Assembly (NCBI GenBank): GCA_031285625.1 | Contig: JAITVV010000081.1 | Coordinates: 96,001-160,000 of the forward strand | Direction: 5' to 3' | DNA length: 64,000 nucleotides | DNA from: Prevotella sp. | GTDB lineage: Bacteria > Bacteroidota > Bacteroidia > Bacteroidales > Dysgonomonadaceae | Shown: positions 1 to 10,519 of the stretch, piece after piece | Layout: the number at the start of each line of letters is the position of its first letter | Position numbering within the stretch: the first letter of the stretch is position 1 | Notes under the pieces: model-generated | What the model was told of the DNA's origin: nothing | What the model saw: the letters and a program-made list of their open reading frames with translations, nothing else | Database searches by the model: none | Translations under genes and position numbers: made by a program

Positions 1-507
1 CAGAGGTTTTCCAGGTATATAATCAGGATTTAATAAAGCATATATAAGTTTACCCCATTCCATAGGCTGCAACATCAGTATAGTTGCTATAATGACCACT
101 GTTCTTGTCTTGAGTCGTGCCACAAAAATCAACAACACTCCTACAATGGAATACAATACTAATATTTCACCTGTAAAAAACATAGCATTGATATTTCCCC
201 AGATAAACAACAGGAATAATCTCCATAGGAATCTCAATCTGAAATCATTTCCTCTTTCCAGCTGGTTATTATCCTGAATAAAAAAGCTGAAACCAAATAA
301 CAGGGCAAATATGCCGTATGCTTTTCCTCCGAAGGTGAAAAACATAGAATCCCATATCATTTTATCGGTAAACTTCAGAAAAGAGCTATCTGTTTCGGGA
401 AAAGAATAAAAATTGAAATGTTCGATACAATGAAGCAGGAAAATGCCCATTATAGCAAAACCTCTGAGCGCATCTGCCACATCGATGCGCTGTTGTATTT
501 TTGTCAT
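1..507 (-). CDS. DUF418/YeiB-family membrane protein (5' part; runs off window start)
   Basis: Manual translation from ATG at 507: MTKIQQRIDVADALRGFAIMGIFLLHCIEHFNF, matching the RIxxxDxLRGFAxxGI start of DUF418 proteins. Not in the ORF track because it is truncated. Confidence 0.85.
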   Translation of the reverse strand, partial: MTKIQQRIDVADALRGFAIMGIFLLHCIEHFNFYSFPETDSSFLKFTDKMIWDSMFFTFGGKAYGIFALLFGFSFFIQDNNQLERGNDFRLRFLWRLFLLFIWGNINAMFFTGEILVLYSIVGVLLIFVARLKTRTVVIIATILMLQPMEWGKLIYALLNPDYIPGKPL

Positions 508-562
508 GATATTAATAATTATTTTCGGGCCGCAAGATAATGACTATTTTTCAAAAAAGTCT

Positions 563-1702
563 CTATTCCGGCTGGTCTTTATCGAAGGGAATCTCCTGCT
601 GGGCGTTCTCTGCCGCCTGTATCCTCTCTGCCGAAGCGATAAATTCTTTATAATAAGACAATAGCAAAGTTGTTAAGGGGATTGCTATAATCATTCCCAC
701 AACTCCCAGTAAAGAACCCCATACAGACAAGGAAAGAAGTATAATTGCAGGGTTCAGTCCCATTGCCTTACCCATTATGCGGGGAACAAGGTATAAATCC
801 ATAATACATTGGACAATAACATAGATCAAAGCTACTAATCCCAGCATTGCCCAAAAACTATCATCAGTTTGTGATGCCCGTAACCAGCAAAGCAAAATTG
901 CCGGAGGAAAAGTTATTACCTGTAAGTATGGAATCATATGTACCAGGCCAACTATAATGCCAAACATAATAGCTAATGGCAAGCCTATAATCTGAAAACC
1001 TGTAGCATATAAGACAGCAAGGATAAGACAGATAAATGCCTGATGGCGAAAATATTTGTTCATACTAGTTTCTACATCCAAGGTAATTCTGTTTACTACC
1101 GGACGGTATTTTGGAGGGATAAGATATCTCCAGAGTTCGTTTATTTTGTCATAATCGAGCAAAATAAAGATCAGATATAAAAGGACGATGAAAACGACAG
1201 TAAGCCCAAATAAGAATGAAATAGTATTAGAAAAAATAGCTTCCACTGCCGGGCTCAGGTATTGTATAATTTCCACAAGGTTGTCACGTGAGAGGCTACT
1301 TTGTATTTCCTTAAAATCGATATAACGACCTATAGCATCGGCTACATTTACAGGAATCCCATTCTGGCTGATGGAAGATAAATCATAAGTGGCAATAAGG
1401 CCATTGATCTGCCATATTTCATTTTCGATAAGAGGAACCAGAATAAAACCGAGCAGAGTGATTATTGCTGCAACCGAAAGCAACGTTAAAACCACTGCAA
1501 GAGAATGCACAAGTCTTAGTTTTCTCTGATAGAAACGGACTAAAGGATTGAGCATATATGCCAGTAACCAAGCAACAAGAAATGGTAACAAAACATCTTT
1601 CAGTATATAAAGGAAGTAAAGTGCTGCACCTATAGCCAGAACACTTATAAGCATACGGATAGTCCGGTCAAATGTAAATGGTTTCTCGAAAGGCTGGCTC
1701 AT
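563..1702 (-). CDS. AI-2E family transporter (PerM-like)
   Basis: Multi-TM protein with LLPFLVAWLLAYMLNPLV and PRIMGKAMGLNPAIILLSL motifs. Confidence 0.9.
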   Translation of the reverse strand: MSQPFEKPFTFDRTIRMLISVLAIGAALYFLYILKDVLLPFLVAWLLAYMLNPLVRFYQRKLRLVHSLAVVLTLLSVAAIITLLGFILVPLIENEIWQINGLIATYDLSSISQNGIPVNVADAIGRYIDFKEIQSSLSRDNLVEIIQYLSPAVEAIFSNTISFLFGLTVVFIVLLYLIFILLDYDKINELWRYLIPPKYRPVVNRITLDVETSMNKYFRHQAFICLILAVLYATGFQIIGLPLAIMFGIIVGLVHMIPYLQVITFPPAILLCWLRASQTDDSFWAMLGLVALIYVIVQCIMDLYLVPRIMGKAMGLNPAIILLSLSVWGSLLGVVGMIIAIPLTTLLLSYYKEFIASAERIQAAENAQQEIPFDKDQPE

Positions 1703-1786
1703 AGATAAAACATTCAGGTGTCAGTAAAATATTTTTATATCTTTACAAAGATATTTATTTTCCACATTTTATAACATTCTACCACG

Positions 1787-3229
1787 ATGAAATTTAAAAT
1801 CCAATATTTGTTATTCGTTTTTGCGTTAATTCCTTACATTTCGTTTGCACAAACAAAACAGGCAGGTATACAGCAATTTCTGAATAACAAGGGATTAAAG
1901 CACGCCTCAGTCGGTATTTGTGTAAAAGATTTTTCAGGTAAACAAATAGCATCACACAATCCGGAAAAATCGTATACCCCAGCCTCAATACTCAAGGTGG
2001 TTACTACAGCGACATCTTTGGAAGTACTTGGAGCCGAATATAAATATAAAACTACCCTTGCTAAAAATAACAACGACAAAAACAGACTGTTAATTCATGG
2101 ATATGGTGACCCTACATTAGGTACAGAACATTTGGAAAATATCCCAAATGCATTTCTCTCTCAATGGGTAGATCAAATCAAACAAAATACAGATTCCACC
2201 GAAAATATCGATATAACTGTTATTGACGATTATTTTGGATATGAGGGTATATCCGACCGATGGATTTACCAGGATTTAGGAAACTATTATGCAGCAGCAA
2301 CCTATGGTATCAGTATTTTTGATAACACTTACAAATTGTATTTCAATACTGTCCGTCGCGATACTTGTCCGGTAATCATCAGAACAGATCCTGAAATGAA
2401 TATAGAATTCAAAAATATACTTCGCCTCAATAGCTCGGGGCAAGATAACGGATATATACATGGTGAGCCATTCTCAAACAAACGCCTTATTACCGGAGAT
2501 ATCCCCGGAGGAAAAGCATCCTTCAGCATCAAAGGAGATATCCCTAATCCCGGATTATACTTAGGTGAAGTGTTAGCAAAAAAGTTAAGTGAAGATAATT
2601 ATAAAGTCGGAAAAATTGAAAATACATATGAGAGATACTATGACCAAATGTATAAAGATAAAAAAGAATCCTCCGATGAAAAGGTTTTCTATACACATTA
2701 TTCCTTCCCTTTAAAGGATATTGTGAAAGACACAAATGTAAGGAGTAATAATCATTATGCAGAACATCTGATACGGACTGTAGGACGTGAAAAAGAAAAA
2801 GATATATACACACCATCATTGGATGCAGGAATAGAAAAAACAAAGGAACTCTGGAAAATTCGTGGATTTAATACAAACGCGCTAATGATGTATGATGGAA
2901 GCGGCTTGTCACCGGCAAATGCGGTAAGCCCGGCATTTATGTGCGACCTGCTAGTGTATATGCAAACAAAAAGTAAAAATGCTGATGTATTTCTGGAATC
3001 GCTACCTAAAGCAGGCAAAGACGGAACAGTAAAAAACCGTCTGAAAGGGACAAGGCTGGCAGGAAAAATAGCGATGAAAAGTGGGAGTATCAATGGAGTA
3101 CAATGTTTTTCAGGCTATTATATAGATGGGGATAAAAAGTATGCTTTCACTATTATGGTTAATAAATTCACAGGACCGCGCAGTGAAATAGTAAGGGCAA
3201 TCGATACTTTATTGTTATCACTCTTCTAG
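1787..3229 (+). CDS. dacB: D-alanyl-D-alanine carboxypeptidase/endopeptidase (PBP4, peptidase S13)
   Basis: PASILK (SxxK), GYGDPTL, SNNHYAE (SxN), DGSGLS and KSG motifs; signal peptide. Confidence 0.93.
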   Translation: MKFKIQYLLFVFALIPYISFAQTKQAGIQQFLNNKGLKHASVGICVKDFSGKQIASHNPEKSYTPASILKVVTTATSLEVLGAEYKYKTTLAKNNNDKNRLLIHGYGDPTLGTEHLENIPNAFLSQWVDQIKQNTDSTENIDITVIDDYFGYEGISDRWIYQDLGNYYAAATYGISIFDNTYKLYFNTVRRDTCPVIIRTDPEMNIEFKNILRLNSSGQDNGYIHGEPFSNKRLITGDIPGGKASFSIKGDIPNPGLYLGEVLAKKLSEDNYKVGKIENTYERYYDQMYKDKKESSDEKVFYTHYSFPLKDIVKDTNVRSNNHYAEHLIRTVGREKEKDIYTPSLDAGIEKTKELWKIRGFNTNALMMYDGSGLSPANAVSPAFMCDLLVYMQTKSKNADVFLESLPKAGKDGTVKNRLKGTRLAGKIAMKSGSINGVQCFSGYYIDGDKKYAFTIMVNKFTGPRSEIVRAIDTLLLSLF

Positions 3230-4096
3230 AGGCTTCTTACTGCTGATTATAACCAATGTTACAGCACCGATAATAAGAAGCAATCCGGAGAGGCTATTCC
3301 AGCCAAAAGGCTCTCCAAAATGGAATACACCTACCAATGTAGCAACTACCGGCTCTAATGAACCAAGTATTGAAGTTACGGTAGATCCGGCGTATTTTAC
3401 GGCAGAGACCAAAGCCAGACCGGAAAATACTGTCGCAAACAAAGCTAAACCTCCCAGATTAAACCATGCCTTTACATTAGGAACAATTTCAATACCTGTT
3501 GTGGAATAAGAGAATACTGAAAAAATAAATGCTCCAAAAAGCATTACATAAAATGTAAACACTTCCGGTTGAAGACTTTTTATACTTTTCCTGTTCAGGC
3601 TTACAATATAAGTGGAATATGTAAATACAGTAATCAGTACAGCCAATAAGCCTTTTGTATTAATAAATCCCGTATCGCTCCAACAAAGCAATGCAACTCC
3701 TACAAGCGCTAAAACCGCGGCAAAAAGGATATTTCTGGATAACTTCTCCTTATAGAAAATGATCATCATACAAGCCACTGACACCGGATAGAGAAAGTGA
3801 ATTGTTGTAGATACTCCACTCGAAATATAATTATAAGAATAAATCAGCCCCATAGATGTCATCGTATAAAGTAAGCCTAGAAATAATAGCTGTACGGCCA
3901 GCTTAGGCGATATCCTGAAGTCTCTTTTTCGTATAATACAAATAATGCCCAGAAGACTTGCAGCCAAAAGGCTTCGATAAAACAATATGGATGGAGCATG
4001 CATTCCGGCTTTCAATAGAGGAATTGAAAAAAATGCGATCAATCCGAATGTTCCGGAAGATATCAGTGCCAGTATGATTCCTTTGGTTTTATCCAT
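3218..4096 (-). CDS. DMT/EamA family transporter
   Basis: 292 aa, about 10 TM, two EamA-like repeats (IHFLYPV, LGSLEPVVA). Confidence 0.9.
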   Translation of the reverse strand: MDKTKGIILALISSGTFGLIAFFSIPLLKAGMHAPSILFYRSLLAASLLGIICIIRKRDFRISPKLAVQLLFLGLLYTMTSMGLIYSYNYISSGVSTTIHFLYPVSVACMMIIFYKEKLSRNILFAAVLALVGVALLCWSDTGFINTKGLLAVLITVFTYSTYIVSLNRKSIKSLQPEVFTFYVMLFGAFIFSVFSYSTTGIEIVPNVKAWFNLGGLALFATVFSGLALVSAVKYAGSTVTSILGSLEPVVATLVGVFHFGEPFGWNSLSGLLLIIGAVTLVIISSKKPLEE

Positions 4097-4309
4097 ATTT
4101 GCTAATCAAAAGTCTGCAAAGGTAATACTTCCTCCAATCATTTGTAAATATATTATCAAATAAAGATATAATTGTATGATTATCAAATAGATAATTTAAT
4201 TATATAAAAAATATGATTTCCCTGACTTATTTATATAACAAATAATTTATCTATATTTGACATTATAAGAATCTACATTCTTGTCTATTTAATTAATAAT
4301 CAAATATTT

Positions 4310-5053
4310 ATGTCAAATTCAGTTGTAGAAGTTTGTGCAAATTCAGTACAATCAGCCATAAATGGGCAAAAAGGAGGAGCTATAAGAGTAGAATTATGCG
4401 ATAATCTCGAAGAAGGAGGCACTACCCCTGCCCTATCTCAGATCGAGCTTACAAGAGAGAATTTAAGTATTCAGGTAAATGTAATTATTCGCCCACGAGG
4501 AGGAGATTTTCTATACAACGATCTCGAATTTGAAATGATGAAACGGGATATCCATCATTGCGGCAAGAGCAAATGCGATGGAGTCGTTTTCGGGATATTA
4601 AACCCGGATGGATCTGTAGACAAAAAGAGAAATAAAGATCTAATAGATATTGCTCATCAATATGGAATGAGCGTTACTTTTCACAGAGCATTTGACAGAT
4701 GTGCCAATCTATTCAAATCATTAGAAGATATAATTGAACTAGGTTGCGATAGAATATTGACTTCCGGCGGAATGAAAACTGCACCTGAAGGAGAAGAGAT
4801 TTTAAAAAGACTGATTGAACAAGCTGGTAACCGTATCATTATTATGCCGGGCGGAGGCATAACAGAAAACAATATAGGAGATTTGGTAAAAGCAACAGGG
4901 CTAAAAGAATTCCATGGTTCTTTCCGCAGTAGATATATGGGAGAAATGGAATATATATCTAACATATTTGATAATGTAAACGAAGAATATTCGATACTCT
5001 TATCTGACTCAGAAAAGATAGAAAAAGCAATCAAAAATGCCAATAATATTTAA
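4310..5053 (+). CDS. cutC: copper homeostasis protein CutC
   Basis: EVCANS, RVELCDNLEEGGTTP, IRPRGGDF, TFHRAFD, RILTSG motifs. Confidence 0.95.
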   Translation: MSNSVVEVCANSVQSAINGQKGGAIRVELCDNLEEGGTTPALSQIELTRENLSIQVNVIIRPRGGDFLYNDLEFEMMKRDIHHCGKSKCDGVVFGILNPDGSVDKKRNKDLIDIAHQYGMSVTFHRAFDRCANLFKSLEDIIELGCDRILTSGGMKTAPEGEEILKRLIEQAGNRIIIMPGGGITENNIGDLVKATGLKEFHGSFRSRYMGEMEYISNIFDNVNEEYSILLSDSEKIEKAIKNANNI

Positions 5054-5161
5054 AAAGGAAGTCTATTATAGTTAATATATATTTGGTAAAAATTATTCAC
5101 AAAAAAAGAATATAAAAAATACTAACTTTGTAGCCGTAAACAATTATCCCTTTTAAATAAG

Positions 5162-7036
5162 ATGAATTTCAAATATGATGTAATTGTCGTCGGGGCAGGT
5201 CATGCCGGATGTGAAGCTGCAGCTGCTGCGGCCAACATGGGTTCGAAGACCTTACTGATCACAATGGATATGAACAAGATCGCACAGATGAGTTGCAATC
5301 CTGCCGTAGGTGGAATTGCAAAAGGCCAGATTGTGCGAGAGATCGATGCCCTGGGCGGACAGATGGGAATAGTTACAGATACTACTGCCATCCAATTCCG
5401 GATGCTTAACAAATCGAAGGGCCCTGCAATGTGGAGTCCAAGGGCACAAAGCGACCGGGTAAAATTTATCCAAAAATGGAGAGAGATTATAGAGAATACA
5501 AATAGTCTCTTCATCTGGCAGGACACAGTAACATCTCTCATTATCGAGAACAAAACTGTAACCGGAGTAAGAACTGCGATGGATGTAGTCTTCTCTGCCA
5601 AATCGGTGGTTTTGACTAACGGAACTTTCTTGAATGGATTAATGCACATTGGGAAAACACAGCTCGGTGGTGGACGTGTATCCGAGCCTGCGTCTTTTGG
5701 CATTACCGAGCAACTGCGTGAATTTGGATTTACTACCGACAGAATGAAAACAGGTACTCCTGCCAGAATAGATGGAAGGAGTGTCGATTTTAGCCTGATG
5801 GAAGAGCAAAAAGGCGATGACGATTTTCATAAGTTCTCTTATCTGGATTTCGAGCCAAGAACGTTAAAGCAGTTGAGTTGCTGGATAACTTATACCAATG
5901 AAGATGTACACACCAGATTACGCGATGGACTGGATGATTCTCCATTATATAACGGGCAAATAAAAAGCATCGGTCCAAGATATTGCCCTAGCATCGAAAC
6001 TAAGATTGTCACATTTGAGGAGAAAACATCCCATCAATTATTTCTGGAACCGGAAGGTGAAAATACTCAGGAATATTATCTGAACGGCTTTTCTTCCTCC
6101 CTCCCACTCCATATACAAATTGAGGCATTACAAAAAATCCCTGCATTCCGCAATATTCATATCTACAGGCCTGGTTATGCCATCGAGTATGATTTCTTTG
6201 ATCCCACCCAACTGAAGCATACATTGGAAACGAAATTAATAAACAATCTCTTTTTTGCAGGACAAATCAATGGAACTACCGGATATGAAGAAGCAGGAGG
6301 ACAAGGTTTGATAGCAGGAATAAATGCACACATCAGCACTCACGGTGGCGATGAGTTCACCCTAAAAAGAGATGAAGCATATATAGGTGTATTGATCGAT
6401 GATCTTGTAACAAAAGGTGTTGACGAACCATATAGAATGTTTACGTCAAGAGCAGAATATCGCATATTATTAAGGCAAGATGATGCCGATGTTCGCTTAA
6501 CTGAAAAAGGCTATAATATTGGCTTAGCTAAACAAGAGAGATTAGACCTGTTAAAAGAGAAAAAAGCAGAAATAAATAGAATAATCGATTTCACTGCAAA
6601 CTACTCCCTAAAACCTGAATATATAAATGAAGGACTAACAAAACTAGGAACAAGCCCATTAAAACAAGGATTAAAACTTAAAGATGTAATCACACGCCCT
6701 CAGGTTACAGCAGGCAATATAGCTGAATATATACCAGCCTTTAAAGAGGAGCTCAATAAAATACCGAACAGAAAAGAGGAAATAATCGAAGCAATTGAAA
6801 TCACTATCAAGTACGATGGATACATAAAGAGAGAGCAACTAATTGCGGAGAAGATTTCACGCTTAGAAAATATTCGCATAAAAGGGAAGTTTGACTACGA
6901 AAATATACTATCTCTTTCAACCGAAGCACGACAAAAATTATCAAAAATAAATCCAGAAACAATTGCACAAGCCAGTAGAATCCCTGGGGTTTCACCAAAT
7001 GACATCTCCATCCTACTAGTCCTTTTAGGTCGCTAA
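5162..7036 (+). CDS. mnmG: tRNA uridine-5-carboxymethylaminomethyl(34) synthesis enzyme MnmG (GidA)
   Basis: VVGAGHAGCEAA, MSCNPAVGG, GPRYCPSIE, GQINGTTGYEEA, EPYRMFTSRAEYR. Confidence 0.98.
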   Translation: MNFKYDVIVVGAGHAGCEAAAAAANMGSKTLLITMDMNKIAQMSCNPAVGGIAKGQIVREIDALGGQMGIVTDTTAIQFRMLNKSKGPAMWSPRAQSDRVKFIQKWREIIENTNSLFIWQDTVTSLIIENKTVTGVRTAMDVVFSAKSVVLTNGTFLNGLMHIGKTQLGGGRVSEPASFGITEQLREFGFTTDRMKTGTPARIDGRSVDFSLMEEQKGDDDFHKFSYLDFEPRTLKQLSCWITYTNEDVHTRLRDGLDDSPLYNGQIKSIGPRYCPSIETKIVTFEEKTSHQLFLEPEGENTQEYYLNGFSSSLPLHIQIEALQKIPAFRNIHIYRPGYAIEYDFFDPTQLKHTLETKLINNLFFAGQINGTTGYEEAGGQGLIAGINAHISTHGGDEFTLKRDEAYIGVLIDDLVTKGVDEPYRMFTSRAEYRILLRQDDADVRLTEKGYNIGLAKQERLDLLKEKKAEINRIIDFTANYSLKPEYINEGLTKLGTSPLKQGLKLKDVITRPQVTAGNIAEYIPAFKEELNKIPNRKEEIIEAIEITIKYDGYIKREQLIAEKISRLENIRIKGKFDYENILSLSTEARQKLSKINPETIAQASRIPGVSPNDISILLVLLGR

Positions 7037-7042
7037 ACAAAA

Positions 7043-7058
7043 TGTTCCACGTGAAACA
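7043..7058. promoter_or_regulatory. parS site (ParB-binding centromere)
   Basis: TGTTCCACGTGAAACA matches the consensus TGTTNCACGTGAAACA. Confidence 0.9.
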
Positions 7059-7077
7059 CAAACAGAAAAAACACAAA

Positions 7078-7093
7078 TGTTCCACGTGGAACA
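7078..7093. promoter_or_regulatory. parS site (second copy)
   Basis: Perfect 16-bp palindrome TGTTCCACGTGGAACA. Confidence 0.9.
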
Positions 7094-7110
7094 CTAAATA
7101 ATCTAACGAA

Positions 7111-7662
7111 ATGAATCGAGCAGAAAAAGAAGAAAAACTTATTACTTTAAGACAAATTGTCCGCAACATTCCTGACTTTCCAATTCCCGGAATTCAATTT
7201 AAGGATGTCACGCCCTTATTCAAGACAAAAGAATCTTTATCAATGCTAACGGATGTACTTCTTGAAGAATATAGAGGAAAAGGCATAACGAAAGTTGTTG
7301 GTATAGAGTCAAGAGGTTTTATAATGGGACCGATCATGGCTTTAGAATTAGATGCAGGATTTGTTCCGATAAGGAAACCGGGCAAACTTCCAGCAGATGT
7401 ATTCGAAGAAGAATATGAGAAAGAATATGGAATGGACAAAATACAGATTCATAAAGATTCACTCACAAAAGATGATGTTGTACTCATCCACGATGACTTA
7501 CTAGCAACAGGAGGTACAATGTTCGCTGCATACAATCTGGTAAAAAAAATGGGAGTAAAAAATATATACGTAAACTTCATAATTGAGCTGGATGAACTAA
7601 AAGGAAGAGATTTATTCCCTAAAAACATTGAATTAAAGTCAATGATCCACTTCGAAGTATAA
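7111..7662 (+). CDS. apt: adenine phosphoribosyltransferase
   Basis: IPDFPIPGIQFKDVTP, GIESRGF, RKPGKLP, HDDLLATGGT. Confidence 0.96.
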   Translation: MNRAEKEEKLITLRQIVRNIPDFPIPGIQFKDVTPLFKTKESLSMLTDVLLEEYRGKGITKVVGIESRGFIMGPIMALELDAGFVPIRKPGKLPADVFEEEYEKEYGMDKIQIHKDSLTKDDVVLIHDDLLATGGTMFAAYNLVKKMGVKNIYVNFIIELDELKGRDLFPKNIELKSMIHFEV

Positions 7663-7823
7663 ACGTACACAAAACCTTTCCACATTTACATTTGCATACA
7701 ACAAATTACCATTCTCTTTTTAAGGGTTTGATGATTTGTTGTATCTTTATCTTGACATTAAGACAAGGAGACATATACAAAACGCACAAAAAGATGATAG
7801 AAAAGAAAAAGACTAAGAGGCAA

Positions 7824-9632
7824 ATGATTGAAGAATATTTGATTAATATCATTCGTAACATTCCTGACAAACCAGGATGTTATCAATACTATGATGATAA
7901 AGGAATAATAATATATGTAGGAAAAGCAAAAAATCTAAAGAAAAGAGTGTCATCCTATTTTACAAAGAAACACGAAGATAGTCCAAAAACCAGGATTCTT
8001 GTTAGTAAAATAAGGGATATAAAATACATTATAGTAAATACAGAAGCAGATACTCTTTTATTAGAAAATAATCTTATCAAAGAATTTCAGCCCAGATATA
8101 ATGTAATGCTGAAAGATGATAAGTCTTATCCTTCTATTGTTATCAGAAATGAATATTATCCAAGAGTTGAACTCACAAGAAAAATAATGAAGGATGGTTC
8201 ACAATATTATGGGCCATATTCAAATGTGCTGAGTGTAAAAACATTATTAGAGTTAGTACATAAACTCTATCCTATCCGTACTTGCTCCTTAAACTTAACA
8301 CCCGAAAAAATAGTAGAAGGCAAATATAAAGTCTGCCTTGAATATCATATTAAAAGATGTCTTGGGCCATGCGTAGGCCTACAATCATCAGATGATTACA
8401 TCAAGAATGTAAATGCTATCCAAGAAATTTTGAAGGGTAACACCAACCTGGTAAGTGATGGCATATACACAAAAATGATAGAAGCTGCCGAAAGGCAAGA
8501 ATTTGAAGAAGCAAACCGCTTAAAAGAAAAATATTTACTAATAGAGAACTTCAAAAATAAATCTACAGTAGTTAGCACTATAAAATATAACATCGATATT
8601 TATAGTTATGACGAAGATGAGAATGCAGGATATATAAATTATTTAAATGTACACAATGGTGCTATTATTCAGGCATATACATTCGAGTATAGAAAAAAGA
8701 TGGAAGAGGCCAAGGAAGAACTACTTGCCTTGGGTATTATTGAAGTAAGGGAAAGATTTGGATCTAAGGCAAAGGAAATAGTAGTTCCATTTTTACCAGA
8801 ATTGACATTAGACGGAGTTGAATTTGTAATACCTCAACGCGGAGATAAGAAAAAATTATTGCATCTTTCAATACAAAATGTAAGACAATACAAATTAGAC
8901 AAATTAAAAAAAGCGGAAAGCCTCAATCCGGAACAGCGAAGCGTCCGCATATTAAAAGATATACAAAAAGATTTAAGCCTCAAAGAGTTACCAACACACA
9001 TAGAATGTTTTGACAACTCGAATATACAAGGAACAAATCCTGTTTCTGCGTGTGTAGTTTTTAAAATGGGAAAACCATCCAAAAAAGATTATCGCCATTT
9101 TAATGTAAAAACAGTTATTGGCCCAGATGACTTTTCTACAATGAGAGAAGTTGTCTACCGGCGTTATCACAGACTAATGGAGGAAGAATCCCCCCTACCC
9201 CAACTGATAGTAATTGATGGTGGTAAAGGTCAGCTTAGTGCAGCCTGTGAGTCCTTAAAAGCACTTGGTCTGTATGGAAAAATTGCTATTGTGGGTATAG
9301 CAAAACGTCTCGAAGAAATTTATTACCCCGAAGATTCAATTCCTCTTTATCTGGATAAGAACAGTGAATCCTTGAAAGTATTGCAACATCTTAGAGATGA
9401 AGCACATAGATTTGGTATTACATTTCATAGAAATCAACGGAGTAAACATCAGATCAAATCAGAGCTGGACAATATTAAAGGTATTGGTGACGAAACAAAA
9501 CGCTTACTATTGAAAGAATTTAGAAGTGTGAAAAGAATAAAACTGGCATCAGATAAAGAAGTTGAAAAAATTGTAGGCAAGCACAAAACTATGTTGATCA
9601 GAAAATATTTTGCTGAAAAAGAGAATAGATAG
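7824..9632 (+). CDS. uvrC: excinuclease ABC subunit C
   Basis: GIY-YIG (IYVGKAKNLKKRVSSYF), IECFDNSN, IDGGKGQL, RDEAHRF. Start moved from 7692 to ATG 7824 to fit the expected domain start. Confidence 0.96.
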   Translation: MIEEYLINIIRNIPDKPGCYQYYDDKGIIIYVGKAKNLKKRVSSYFTKKHEDSPKTRILVSKIRDIKYIIVNTEADTLLLENNLIKEFQPRYNVMLKDDKSYPSIVIRNEYYPRVELTRKIMKDGSQYYGPYSNVLSVKTLLELVHKLYPIRTCSLNLTPEKIVEGKYKVCLEYHIKRCLGPCVGLQSSDDYIKNVNAIQEILKGNTNLVSDGIYTKMIEAAERQEFEEANRLKEKYLLIENFKNKSTVVSTIKYNIDIYSYDEDENAGYINYLNVHNGAIIQAYTFEYRKKMEEAKEELLALGIIEVRERFGSKAKEIVVPFLPELTLDGVEFVIPQRGDKKKLLHLSIQNVRQYKLDKLKKAESLNPEQRSVRILKDIQKDLSLKELPTHIECFDNSNIQGTNPVSACVVFKMGKPSKKDYRHFNVKTVIGPDDFSTMREVVYRRYHRLMEEESPLPQLIVIDGGKGQLSAACESLKALGLYGKIAIVGIAKRLEEIYYPEDSIPLYLDKNSESLKVLQHLRDEAHRFGITFHRNQRSKHQIKSELDNIKGIGDETKRLLLKEFRSVKRIKLASDKEVEKIVGKHKTMLIRKYFAEKENR

Positions 9633-9739
9633 ATTTAAAAAAATGTGAAAGTTTATAAATATTTGTATACTATAATAATAAGATATAAAACAAAGGGTTA
9701 GTCGGATTGTTATATTAACATAATCAAACTAGCACGGTT

Positions 9740-10321
9740 ATGAAAAATGATTTATTCTATTCAGTAAAGCAAGCAGTGAAATACTGGTGGGTTTCACTAT
9801 TATTAGGCCTATTAGCTATTGGCCTGGGTATATGGTGTTTAGCATCACCATGGGCAACAATTACTGCACTAGCAATAGTCTTTGCTATTAGTTTCCTGGT
9901 AAGTGGAGTCTTCGAAATTATTTTTGCATTCTCTAATAAGAATACTTTAAAATGATGGGGATGGACGCTTACAAGCGGAATAATCGACTTACTCTTTGGT
10001 ATTATGTTAATATCTATGTCACCTGCAGTCATTGCAATTGTATTATCATACTTTATTGGCTTCTGGTTAATGTTTCAATCTATTTGGGGTATCGGTAGTG
10101 CAGCAGAACTACAAAGAAACGGAATCAGAGGTTGGGGATGGCTAATGGCACTAGCTATATTAGGAGTATTAATGTCATTCTTATTTATTATGAGCCCGGC
10201 TCTTACAACCGGCTTTATCGTTTCCCTTGTAAGTATTTCATTTGTAGCCTATGGAATATTCAGAATCTATCTGGGAGTGAAATTAAGATCGCTTCATAAA
10301 GAAATGGAAGAAATAGATTGA
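9740..10321 (+). pseudogene. HdeD/DUF308 family membrane protein interrupted by an in-frame TGA
   Basis: ORFs 9740-9955 and 10004-10321 share a frame. TGA at 9953-9955 lies in NTLK*WGW; the second internal repeat reads IRGWGW. Confidence 0.8.
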
Positions 10322-10367
10322 TATTTAAATAATTAATTTACAGATTATCTGCAAATTAATTAATAAA

Positions 10368-10401
10368 AAAGACGCTGGGCTAAGATTAGTTCAGCGTCTT
10401 T
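10368..10401. terminator. intrinsic terminator
   Basis: AAAGACGCTGGGCTAA...TTAGTTCAGCGTCTTT stem with A/T runs on both sides. Confidence 0.75.
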
Positions 10402-10519
10402 CAGTAAATTCAGTTAACATATTTTAATATTATTATTTTTAAATAAGAGAAAACATATGGTCTACTAGCATTTTTATATTAAGTTTAACAAAATATTACT
10501 AATACAAATTTTATAGGCT

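Noticed and set aside
4140-4260. Repeated ATTATCAAATA in the EamA/cutC divergent promoter region
   Set aside because: Two copies in extremely AT-rich DNA; could be nucleoid-protein sites but not distinguishable from chance by eye.
5200-5703. Long antisense ORFs (also 50334-50780, 50940-51464, 56457-56948, 57846-58286 and others)
   Set aside because: Shadow frames of conserved genes with no recognisable motifs.
7692-7823. N-terminal extension of UvrC from TTG 7692 (similar extensions for dtd, ispB, lpxK, valS, 15518-16237)
   Set aside because: The extensions overlap promoter elements, repeats or neighbouring genes and lack family similarity; downstream ATGs fit better.
9953-9955. TGA read as Gly (genetic code 25) or as selenocysteine
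   Set aside because: TGA serves as a normal stop elsewhere (e.g. 10319-10321, 39862-39864), no other long gene is interrupted, and the context is not a Cys/redox site.
10331-10361. AT-rich inverted repeat AATTAATTT.CAGAT-T-ATCTG.AAATTAATT after the HdeD gene
   Set aside because: Low complexity and adjacent to a clear terminator; no second copy or function can be supported.
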